NCBI GenBank assembly: GCA_012295275.1
Contig: CM022672.1
Coordinates: 20,274,001-20,338,000, forward strand
DNA from: Chrysomallon squamiferum
Lineage: Eukaryota > Animalia > Mollusca
DNA length: 64,000 nucleotides
Direction: 5' to 3'
Under the pieces are notes generated by a model. That model was not told where the DNA came from and made no database searches. It saw only the letters and a list, made by a program, of their open reading frames with translations. Positions 1 to 10,706 of the stretch are shown here, in pieces; within the stretch, counting starts at the first letter, position 1; the number at the start of each line of letters is the position of its first letter. Made by a program: the position numbers and the translations under genes.

Positions 1-2940
1 TATTTGATATTTTTATAAAACAGTGGGAGGGTTTTTGTGGGGGGAAGATTGACCGGTGCATGTACTTGTGTAAATACGTTAAAAAAATTTGACACTAAAC
101 TGTTGGTTTTTTTTCTATATTGCTTTTCTTTTGCTATTTCAGTTATTTTCATTTTTCATTGTGTGTTGATAGATTATTTTGTTTCGTTGGTTTTTTGGAT
201 TTAAAAAAAAAAAAAAAGTTGAACAAAATAATAATTATTATTATTTTCTTTTTGTAATACAAAATGCTGGCATAAGAAATGCATAATTTCAGTATTTCTA
301 GCTTATTTCAGACAGTGTTTTCATATGATTGGCTCATCATTTCTGACTGTTTTTATTTTGAAACTTTTAATGCTTTTATTGTGTAATTCTTAAAATGCAG
401 TACTTTGGATGATAATCAGTTAGAAGGGAAATAGACATGTCATTTTTAAAATAATGATAGTATTTACACTAACCAAAAAAACTTGATCCTAAAGACCGAA
501 TCCATCCTTCATAACAGTTTGTACTTGCAACTGAAGCACTGTTTTATCGTAAACTCGCTTTGTATCAGAAACCTAATTTACATCTTTAGTCACATTTTGT
601 TTTACAGATTGTCAGAAAATTGTTTGACATTTATTAATATACCTGCAATGTTAATGCTGATGTAACAGATGTAATCAGTTTTAATTTGTACCAGTTTGAT
701 TAATTTGTGATTAAAAATATAAAATGAGCTGAAAACGAATAAATGTTCCATGCTATTGTGTTGTGCAGCAATTATACTGGTGTTGGTTTTTTTTTTTTTT
801 CTATTACTTTTCTTTTTATCTTTCAGTATTTTTGAGTTGCTGGAAGTATACAACTTCCGTAATAAAATGCTAAATGTTTGTAACAGTATCCCCATCATTT
901 TAATTACCTCGCAATAATAAGACCCAAATCAGTTATGAATGCTAAAAAAATGTTTAATTTGTTAACAGAATGTTACACTAAAATATCTGGGGGGGGGGGA
1001 GCTACACCATAAAGACAATTGCAGAGAAATCTGTATTTCTTACATGTATGTTTAGTTTCACAGATAAACTTTTAACAGGTGTGCAAGGATTTAATCACTT
1101 TGAAATAAGGTTTGAGGGTAAATGTAGGTGAATAATCCTGTTTTTCAGTTGAGCTAAAAATTTAGAATGCAGAATTTGTTGCAGCTTGCAGATTAAATAC
1201 TATTAAAGAAACCGTCTATAACTAAAATAATTATGTTGGTGAAGAGAATGGAGTAGAAAAAATTGTTTCCTGGAACTAATTTCACTATATACTTGTATCC
1301 AATCAATAACATCAAACAGTATGAAAATGTGTTGCAATATCAATTTACTGAAGAGTATTATCATGGTAAAATTAAAATTCAAAATCTCTTGATTTGTTAT
1401 TATTTGGGGATTTTTTTAAAATGGACTTCTTTTAAGATGATGGTCAGGAAAATTCAGATCTCTAAAAAGTATTTATAAATTTAATTTGTTTTAAACTATG
1501 ACTACATTTAAAAAAATATGTTTAAGTCGATATACTCTATAAACTGCACTGCTGTGTCAAATGAAAATCAAAGTGTTGGATTTATTTTTATCTAATTGTT
1601 GGTTATGTAGTGAAATGCTTCTGAATAGCATAAATATTATAATATTAAAGTATTTACATGTATAGTTCAGTGTGAAGAAATGACATCTGAATAAATAAAT
1701 TTATATACTGTTTTTAGCCAAATTATTTTTAGTAGTAAAGTATAATTTTTCTTAAAAGAGAGCAGATTAATTAGAAGTGTTGTGATTTAAATATAAATAA
1801 AGCAATAGTGTTAATAAAGAAATAATAATTTTAATAATGGCACTGCTTGGTTTAAGAAAATGGTACCGAATTGGTCTTCAATTAGGGTAGCTATTTGCTA
1901 ACGAAATTGTCACTTGGAGAATGAGCAGGTGTCATGTCTTCCTCTTTATAAAGAGCACAAATTAATGTTAACATGACATTCCCACCCTCGAGGGGTTATA
2001 AGATCCTTTTCAACAAATTTCGTATTGTGTGTGTGTGTTATATGCAGCTTGTTTTACTCTTTCAGAAAATGATGGCTGCAGTAGTATAAGAAGGGGTTAG
2101 CACTTCCAGTAAAATCCTTGCTAAAGTACATGTTGATAAATGTATTCAATAAATCACTGCTAATTATATGTAATGAAAATAGAGGATTAAGCAACTTTTG
2201 TCTAATGATGTATAATTTAATAATTAAGACATTATTTGTGTAGTATTAATGAAATATAATCCACATAAAGAAATAAAAGCCAGCATGGTTTATGAAAAGT
2301 CCAAATCCTTAAATACTTTCACAGATTCAAGGATATCTTAATGGAATCTTAATTAGTGACAATTAATTATTTACAGGCAGGAGTTGAGTAATAGGCCTTG
2401 CAGTGCTGATCTGTCCACTGAATTATCTTTTTGTAATCTCATAATTCCCTTCCCTTGATACAGTCAAAAAAACCCAGTAGCCTACATTTTTATTTCCTGG
2501 CGTAGTGATGAAATTGAACAGACTGCTTCATAGTTTGGACTTTTCTGAAGATGTGTACTTTCTAATGTTTTTCCGTTTACTTAAAAGTTCATTCATGTTC
2601 TTTATGTTTAATATGTACACTTTAAATACTGCTGTTTCATCTATATCTAAATAAATTAGTGATTATATTTGTATGGGAAATAAATGAAAGATTGGTCTTA
2701 ATTTCTGATCAGTGGTTTTTTAATTAAGATTTTATTACCTAAGAAAAAAAATTTCAAAGACATCAAATCTTTTGGCTTTTCTGTTATTTACCTTGTTATA
2801 ATTAATTAATTAACAAAAAAAAAAAAAAAAAATAAATAAAATTTAGCTTAATCATCCTACAACTGACATGTTAGCTGTTGTAACAGTGGTATCTTTTTTC
2901 TTTCCTTTTTTCATGTAAATTTTATTATTCATTTATATAT

Positions 2941-3195
2941 GGATGGTCATATCCACATTGAGGCAAATGAGGCAAATGCCTCATACCGAAATTGACAATT
3001 TTTATTATTAGTTGGGTGTTTTTTGTTTTTTTTCTTATAAAAAGATTTTATTTAAAAAATATAAATTATAAATCTGTATTCGAAAAGTAATGGTATCTAC
3101 TGAATGAATTTGTTTATGTCTATGGTTACCGTTTGAAGCCCCCAGATTCCTTGCCGTGGCGATTAAGTATTTCTGCCTCATTTCAAAAGGAGTAT
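2941..3195 (+). mobile_element. Decayed non-autonomous DNA element, copy 1 (same family as 58635-58935)
   Basis: Shares collinear blocks with 58635-58935: CATTGAGGCAAATGAGGCAAATGCCTCA, TTTTATTTAAAAAATATAAATTATAAATCT, ACTGAATGAATT, GCCCCCAGA, GGCGATTAA. It abuts the Tigger element. Confidence 0.65.
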
Positions 3196-3211
3196 AACAC
3201 ACTCAAACACA

Positions 3212-3958
3212 CAGAGGTACCTTGACTTACGAGTTTAAGTCCAGCTCATATCTCCATTTGCTCATATATCAAATCAATTTTCCCGACTGAAATTAACTGA
3301 AATACCATTCATCCATTCCAGACCCCAAAAATCCACCCCCCCTTTTTTTTTTTTGTAATGTGTTTTTAAATAAGAAAAATATATTTATAAATGACAAATA
3401 TTGTATAAAAACAAAATAAAAGAGAATATAAAGAAATAAATTGGTTTTGTCAAGAGTATTTATCTTGGAGATCAGACAAATTATTTTAATGCCTTTGGCT
3501 GGAGTTCATAGCTTTTATAAACTCCTTTAGCTTCAGTATGGTACATATCACAGATATACTATACTCATACTGCCTAGCCAAGTTGACTACATGCTCACCT
3601 CGCTAATTTTTTCTACGAATTCAAGCTTTAATTCAATGGACATCCAATTCTTCTTCTCAGTACTGTCCTTTGCACTCACTTTGTTAGGATCCATTGCCAG
3701 AAAAAAAGAAATTTTGCATAATACTGCACAAAACGCAAACACAACTCGACACAACTGCTTCTGCGGCAAGGTAACCAGGTGAGATGCAGGATGCTGGCCG
3801 GATATTATGTTGTTTGTTGTGCTAACTAGCAGTGGTGTATCTGAAGCTCACTCATAACTCAGATTTTGGCTCGCAACTCAAAGCAAAAATTCAACCAGGT
3901 GATTGCTCATATCTCAAAAAACCTGTAAGTTGGGCACTCGTAAGTCAAGGTACCATTG
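3212..3958 (-). mobile_element. Internally deleted Tigger/pogo (Tc1-mariner superfamily) DNA transposon
   Basis: Terminal inverted repeats CAGAGGTACCTTGACTTACGAGT (3212-3234) and ACTCGTAAGTCAAGGTACCATTG (3936-3958). The minus strand carries a frameshifted transposase N-terminus MDPNKVSAKDSTEKKNWMSIELKLEFVEK...VVNLARQYEYSISVICTILKLKE (CENP-B/psq-type HTH). Confidence 0.88.
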
Positions 3959-4181
3959 TGTATATATATATACACACACATACATACAATTCACCACTGA
4001 TAAAAGATTAAAATAGCAAATCAGATGTTATATGACGATATTATTTATTTATTTATAACAAATACTGAATTCTTTGTCTTATTCCCACACCCAACGCCTG
4101 TTTGAATGCAAAATCAAAATTTCAAAATGTACTGACAATTAAATTTCATTTTACTATTAGGATTTTTATGTTTTATTATTA

Positions 4182-4182
4182 C

Positions 4183-4248
<66 letters not shown>
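4182..4248. repeat. (ATT)n microsatellite
   Basis: Read directly from the sequence. Confidence 0.95.
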
Positions 4249-4253
<5 letters not shown>

Positions 4254-4864
4254 ATAGCAGTTTCTTTCTGTAAATAATATTATCATCAATCTTTTTATGA
4301 CACAAATCTTGTCCTTTCAGTTGTTGAATAATATGTAAAAATAATGCTGAAAAACAGTAATTTATATATTAAATTGTCTATATTGTGTTAGGCTGACGGT
4401 AAAAGCTGCATATGCCTTATAATTATACAACTTTATGCTTCGAACTTCCATTATAGTACGAAAGTTAACAGAGAGGCCTGGAACTTTTCTTTCTCTCTCT
4501 CACACACACACAAATTGAAACGGGGCACATACACACAAAAAAAAGGTTTAAAAGCACTGGTAAAGCACTTGCATAAGACATGACTGGTCAGAGGATCAGC
4601 TCGTACTGTTTTCTAACTGAAGAAAACTGTCTTTTGTTTCGATGAAATTGTTGCAATGGGTTTCCTTCCATACTTCATCATAAATAAAGTGAGATACCAA
4701 TTAAGCATTCATTCATTCTTGAAATGATATTAAGAAAGATAAAGGAAATGATCACGCTTCTTCTCAGATTGTTATTTTACTTTTTAATTGTCTTTGTGCT
4801 TATTTGACGAAAACATCACTGCAAACAGATATTCATTTAATATAATGCAACCATTCATAAATGC

Positions 4865-4925
4865 GCAACGGAAGAGATTTACCACTTTGCGCATGCGCAT
4901 CATTACATACGCCATTTTATTCAGG
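4865..4925 (+). promoter_or_regulatory. Probable promoter/TSS of the ELAV-like gene (ETS + NRF1 + YY1 motif cluster)
   Basis: CGGAAG (ETS) at 4869-4874, perfect palindrome TGCGCATGCGCA (NRF1 type) at 4888-4899, CGCCATTTT (YY1 type) at 4910-4918, then a donor-like CAG|GTGCGT at 4924/4925. CpGs are locally enriched in otherwise CpG-poor DNA. Confidence 0.6.
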
Positions 4926-7712
4926 TGCGTGGTCTTTCTATTTTGTTCTTTACATTTTCCTTTTCTTTCTGTTATAGGGTAGGTGTTTGGTTCTGTTCGG
5001 GTTAAAAAATTTCTGATTAGTTACTGAATATTTATACATATATAACTTATCCCAAACGATTGTTTTTATACTTTCACGACCTGCATAAAAAACGTGCTTT
5101 TGTACCGGCAAATTGCCGCCATCGCAGTTTTGGAATTTGATTTTCCGCAGTTACATTTTCAGGTTAAATTTGCAAAAAAAGTAAACTATTCTTAAGAAAT
5201 ATCTTTGTTTTTTTGTGGATGTTTTCTACACATCTTCAGATTAGTAACTAGCTGTATATTATAATTAATCTGAGGATGGCAAGAGCTATGAATTAGTCTT
5301 GAGAAGTATGCGAACATTTCTTAAGACTCTAGGAGCCGCACTTACCTAGCGAAACGCCAGCCTTTAAAAAATGCTAATAGCATTAGTTTAACGTATGAAG
5401 AATTTATTACGGTAATTAGGTAGATTAGGTCATCTTGTTCTTGGAGTCTTTAATCGATATTTTTGCTGCGATTTTGTGTTGTTGCGCGCCCCAATTATTT
5501 TTTCCCCCAAAGTTTGATCTTTCGACGGTATAACAGTTTATGGATTCTCAGAAATCAGTTTTGTCTTTTTTGTACCATTGTAGTTTTGTTTTTAAAAACG
5601 AAATGAGGTAGGTAGGAAGTATTTTAGGAAATTGTGGTGTATGTTTAAAAACACCTTAATGTGAGAATATTAACGTCATTCACCTTTTACAGCTATTCTG
5701 AGCATTATTTCAATATTTGTAGAAACTTCACTAAAGCAACAACAATTATAAATAAAATTTTCCTTTTTACCTCCTTGAATTAAAAGCAGTGGAGATTAAA
5801 TACAAGTTAATTTGACATGCCAGAACTTAAATGTGATGTTCATATGACATTTTAAATAATTGTTAGTGTCAAAAAAGAATTAATCGTAGTAAAATTCATA
5901 GAAGTTTATGAACTGTGCCTTGAAGATTACAAAACAACTCTTTAAACTGTCTAAGCGTAGTTCAACGTATAAATTTGACTAGATTTTCCTTCTTGTGAAC
6001 ATGTTATCTGAATGATTAATTTACTGGTGATCACTGAAATTTTTAAATTTAAATGAACATTCCATTTTGTAAAAAAGCTCGCATTTGGTTTTATAAAATT
6101 TCTTAGTAACAACACAAGCTGTTCAACTAATGAGTATTTTTGGCATGAACATTATTAATATTTGATCTGGTTTTGAAAGTTAATGATAATTATGCACTTT
6201 GATATATGAAACTGTAAATACGATTTATGCTTTCAGAAAATATTTTGGATAGAAATTATTTAATTTTATCATACATATCCCAGAATTTCAATAAAAACTG
6301 AATAATTGCATTGACCTTTTACTAAGAATTATCAAAAAGACATGGAAACAACTATATAACTGATAATAAAAAACAAGATTTGACATTGCTAAAAAATATT
6401 TGCCATTCATAATCTAAATAGAAGAGTAAATATTGTATTACACTGGTACTCGCATAATTACTATAAGTAAAATACATTTTCAGTTTTTACCAAAACAATT
6501 ATCAGTGAAATTTTATTTCATATAAAACTGAAAACTCTGTACAAATTCATATTCTAGTGACACTTGTAAAGTGTATGCAAGAACATCTTGTTATATATGT
6601 GCTGATTTCGTAATTAATACTTTATTAAAGACTGTTTCCTATATTAATTATTATAGGGACAGTGTTATGTTTTGTGGAAAAGCACTAAAATGTACAGAAG
6701 AATAGGAAGACAATGGAAAAACATCAACTTAAGAATAAAGCATCCTTTTAAATTAACATTTTAGTCTCGTTCTACAGACATGCTCTTGTTTTGTTTGGGA
6801 ATATCCACGAAAATAGTAAAAATCAAAACTTTAAAAAAATTTGTATAAATTGCATATGATATCACTGATCAATTAACATAGTAATTTAATAAATTTAGTT
6901 TTATAATACTGTTATAAAATGAAATGGAAAACAATTGTTGAAAAAATTTGTTTTGATTAAGTGAAGTTATGAAATAAATCTGAATGTAAATTGTATATAA
7001 TTAGTTTTCACAAAGCATAGATATTTATAAATAACTTCGTAAATGTTACAATATTCAAAGTATGTCATTAGCTTATTACAAAACACTGATTTTGACAACT
7101 ATTGCACTTCACAAATCAAGTTATCTGGGTAATGCCAGTTTATTCATTAATCAAAAATGACAAAGTAAAAACTTGAAGAAAAAGTAAATTATAGCTGTTG
7201 AATTTGTACCTTTCTGCTGTATTATTTTGTTTACATTAGTTTTATTTTTGTATTTTCAGTTTTTAATTATTTTTTATTAATAGTCATACAAATTATTTGA
7301 AACTTAAGTGTAAGTCCTCAGACTTAATTATTCATAATTTGTTTTTAAATTTTTATTATTTTTTTTCTGCATGTAGATGCTTTGTGGATTTTTTGTTTCT
7401 ATAAAATTCCCAAATTCGTGATACCTAGTTTGTAATAAGTTCAAGCAGCTGTATCTGATGAAAACAAAATTAATAGCTTGACATTTCGCTGAACATTTAA
7501 TTTATTAAACATTATAAGTGCACACATTAACAAGAAAAAACCCAGCAAAACACAACACCCCAAAAAACTGCCAAAACAAAGTTGATGATTTTTTGGAAAT
7601 GACAATTATTAATACTGGTTATTAAAACTTTTAAACCTTTTCATAAATGAATGTTAATCTGTGGGATTGGAAAAACCATAACTCTTTTGGAAGACTTGCA
7701 GAGGGTGTATAT

Positions 7713-7752
<40 letters not shown>

Positions 7753-9124
7753 AAGTATTACATATCACTTTTTGAAATAGCATGTAGCACTTTCCCATTT
7801 TGAAACTGGGTTCAGATAAATTATATTTATCATTTTTGAATCGGAAGTTAAAATGTAAAAGTTTTAATGACAGCTGTTCTACAAAACAGAACACTGCACT
7901 TCATTTGCATGTATCCTGTAAATTAAAAATGAAATGTCAAGGAAAGAAAAAGATGTACCTTAAAATGGAGTCCTTAATGATACTTATTGCAGAAACAAAA
8001 TTACTGCCACCTAGTCCTTTTTTTCCTTTTGTTTCTCTTTTTTTAAAGTTTTTGTTTCAGTTTCAGAAAAATGCATCATTTTGGTATAAGAAATTTTTAT
8101 TTCGTTTTTGAAAACTTTTTGGTTTTTTTTTTTAAATCTTTTTTTATTATACATTTTCTATTAATCTATTTTATATATATTATATATATATATTTTAATT
8201 ATATATTTTTGTGTATTTATTTACTTTTTTCTATAGATACTGTATTTTTTTGACGGTGAGATTCAGGAAACAGAAAATATAATCAGATCCAATTTTTTTG
8301 CTGTCATCTCTAGAAAGGTATAAGGTAAATTTTAATTTTTTTTTGGAAAACGCGAAAATATACCTGTTTATTTTTGACTTTATCTGCTGCATTTATTGTT
8401 GCTGATCAGATTCCCCCCCTCCCAAGCGCTGTTTTATTATATACCAGGAGAATTGTCTGTTGGAAGCAAGGTAAATTGTGTGCCATGGATTGACATTAAT
8501 ATAGCATAATTGTATTAAAGGATTTAGTCAAACCAGCTGCTGAACTAGTCCTTAAGTTAAATATAATCTTGAAAATTAAAGCAATAAGAATTTAAATAAA
8601 GTGGTTTATAAAATTAACAGGGTGGAAAATATATTATATAAACATGAGCGGCATTCATTTTTATAAAAAGTACGTTGAACTTGCACAAGATATCCGAAAA
8701 TGAAAAGGGTGTGGAAGCTACATAAGAAAAATGAGAGAAGTTCATCAGCGTTTATGGTTTTTTAATTTTTTAATTTTTTTTAATTTGTGGTTTCAATTTT
8801 TTGGTAAAATATTTTTAAAAAATATGTTAATATTTCAGCGTAAATCTTTTATTTGTGGTGATAGCATTTTATGATTTTACTATTTTTCACCAGTCTTAAA
8901 ATTGAACCTTTTTCAATCTTCAAGAAAAAGAAAAAACAAGAATGAGTGCTTACTTTCAACTGTTTGTGCAATATATAATACCATTTTTTATTTACTTTTG
9001 TTTTTTCGTTTTACCAGGACGATCATCGTTTTAATTTTTTTCATGTTTTTTTTTTCCTTCCTTTTTTCCACCATGGAACTCGAAGAATATTTGAGGAGGA
9101 AAAGATCACAAAGAAAGGAAGAAA

Positions 9125-10111
9125 ATGGAGAACATGGAAAATGTAGAAAATGTAGAACGAGACCCAGAAACCAATCTGATCATCAATTATCTTCCCCAGA
9201 CCCTGTCAGATGAAGAATTTAGATGCATGTTCTTGAGCATTGGCCCAATCAAATCGGCCAAAATCATCCGAGACAGAACCACAGGCTACAGTTATGGGTT
9301 TGGCTTTGTTGACTACCAGAGCAAAGTTGATGCCATTAGAGCAATCAACACACTGAATGGTCTGCAAATGCAAAACAAGAAAATAAAAGTTGCTTTGGCG
9401 CGTCAGGGAGGAGAAAACATAAAAGGAGCCAATCTTTACATCCGCAACCTACCGGTACACTGGAAAGACCAAGAACTGAATGAATTCTTCCAGCCTTTTG
9501 GTAACATAATTCAGTCTAGAGTCCTTGTCGACAATTCTGGAAATTCGAAGCGTGTTGGTTTTGTTCTGTATGATAAGAAATGTGAAGCAGATAATGCTAT
9601 TAAGTCGATGAGTGGAAAACCACCACATGAGGGAGCAGAACCTTTGCTGATCAAATTTGCTGATGATAACTCCAAGAAAGTTCGACCTCCTGCTGTTCAG
9701 CATGGTATGGGAGCCTATCAGCAACCACCTTTCAAGTCTGTCCCAGGTCCTGGTCCCATGCGTACTCAGGGTGGTCGTTTCCGCTACAATCCTATGACTG
9801 GTCCAGGAGGATATGGATCAACTGGCTGGGCTACCAATGGCACTGATCGTGGCAGTCGTGATGGTTACGTCCTCTTTGTCTACAACATAGGATATGATGC
9901 GAATGAAAAAACCTTGTATGAACTGTTCTCACCCTTTGGGAGTGTGCTCAAAGTGAATGTCATCTATGACTTCAACAAAAACCAGTGCAAGGGCTATGGC
10001 TTTGTGACAATGTCAAGCTACCAACAAGCTCAGTATGCCATAAATTGCTTGAATGGCTATTATTATCAAGGGCGCCCTCTGCAAGTATCGCTGAAAACTG
10101 ACATGAACTGA
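9125..10111 (+). CDS. ELAVL: ELAV/Hu-Sex-lethal family RNA-binding protein with three RRMs, 328 aa, intronless CDS
   Basis: Single uninterrupted ORF. RRM1 has TNLIINYLPQ...GYSYGFGFVDY...AINTLNGLQMQNKKIKV. RRM2 has GANLYIRNLP...KRVGFVLYD. A hinge contains RFRYNP. RRM3 has LFVYNIG...CKGYGFVTM...LNGYYYQGRPLQVSLKT. A probable splice acceptor for a 5'UTR intron is at 9016-9017 (ttttaccag|G). Confidence 0.96.
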   Translation: MENMENVENVERDPETNLIINYLPQTLSDEEFRCMFLSIGPIKSAKIIRDRTTGYSYGFGFVDYQSKVDAIRAINTLNGLQMQNKKIKVALARQGGENIKGANLYIRNLPVHWKDQELNEFFQPFGNIIQSRVLVDNSGNSKRVGFVLYDKKCEADNAIKSMSGKPPHEGAEPLLIKFADDNSKKVRPPAVQHGMGAYQQPPFKSVPGPGPMRTQGGRFRYNPMTGPGGYGSTGWATNGTDRGSRDGYVLFVYNIGYDANEKTLYELFSPFGSVLKVNVIYDFNKNQCKGYGFVTMSSYQQAQYAINCLNGYYYQGRPLQVSLKTDMN

Positions 10112-10675
10112 ATTTGATCTGGGTCGTTACTTTTTCTTTATTTTGAATGGGAAAAGATGAGACATTAGAGTATATTGCTGATTTCTCATCTGTTGTATTT
10201 AGCCATTTAAATAACTTCTTAAAAATTCATTTTAACAGACGGTGTTGTCTGTTATTATTATTATGATTATTATTATTATTATTGATTTGTTTTTGGTAAT
10301 TAGTTGTTTCTAAGATTATTGTAGAAAACTGTAACATTTTTGGAGCTTAAACCCAAGTAAAGAATTATTTTTTTTAGGTTGTCTTATTTTTGTTTTTTTT
10401 TAGGTTAAAGAATTTTTTTCTAAACGAGCTGAATTTCAGTTGTAGTAGACAGTTGACATTGGGTAGGGTAGTTTCACACAAGACATTGAAACACTGGAAA
10501 AACTTTTACCACTGCCACTTGGTCTGGGATAAGATTTAGGGAAAAGCACTAAGACATTCAGAATAAAGAAAATTGAATGTTTTGTGACTATATGATGTTA
10601 CAAATTCATTATACTTGTTTCATTATAGCAGTACACGTATCAATTACTACTTTTCAGTTTAAATAACATTCTAGG

Positions 10676-10706
<31 letters not shown>

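Noticed and set aside
1-2830. Possible 3'UTR of a gene upstream of the window
   Set aside because: The composition is UTR-like, but no coding exon is visible, so neither strand nor identity can be supported.
483-8253. Numerous short ORFs (60-100 aa) in the ORF track
   Set aside because: They are F/I/L/K-rich translations of AT-rich non-coding DNA with no domains or splice-consistent structure. The exception is the transposase remnant at 3587-3769.
9449-9724. Antisense ORF within the ELAV CDS
   Set aside because: It is a shadow ORF of a coding sequence with no independent evidence. The same applies to 20655-20873, 41729-41938, 47419-47604, 49807-50043 and 51231-51419.
10679-10700. A22 run as the retroposed poly(A) tail of the ELAV gene
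   Set aside because: There is no properly spaced poly(A) signal or target-site duplication, and similar A/T runs occur throughout the window.
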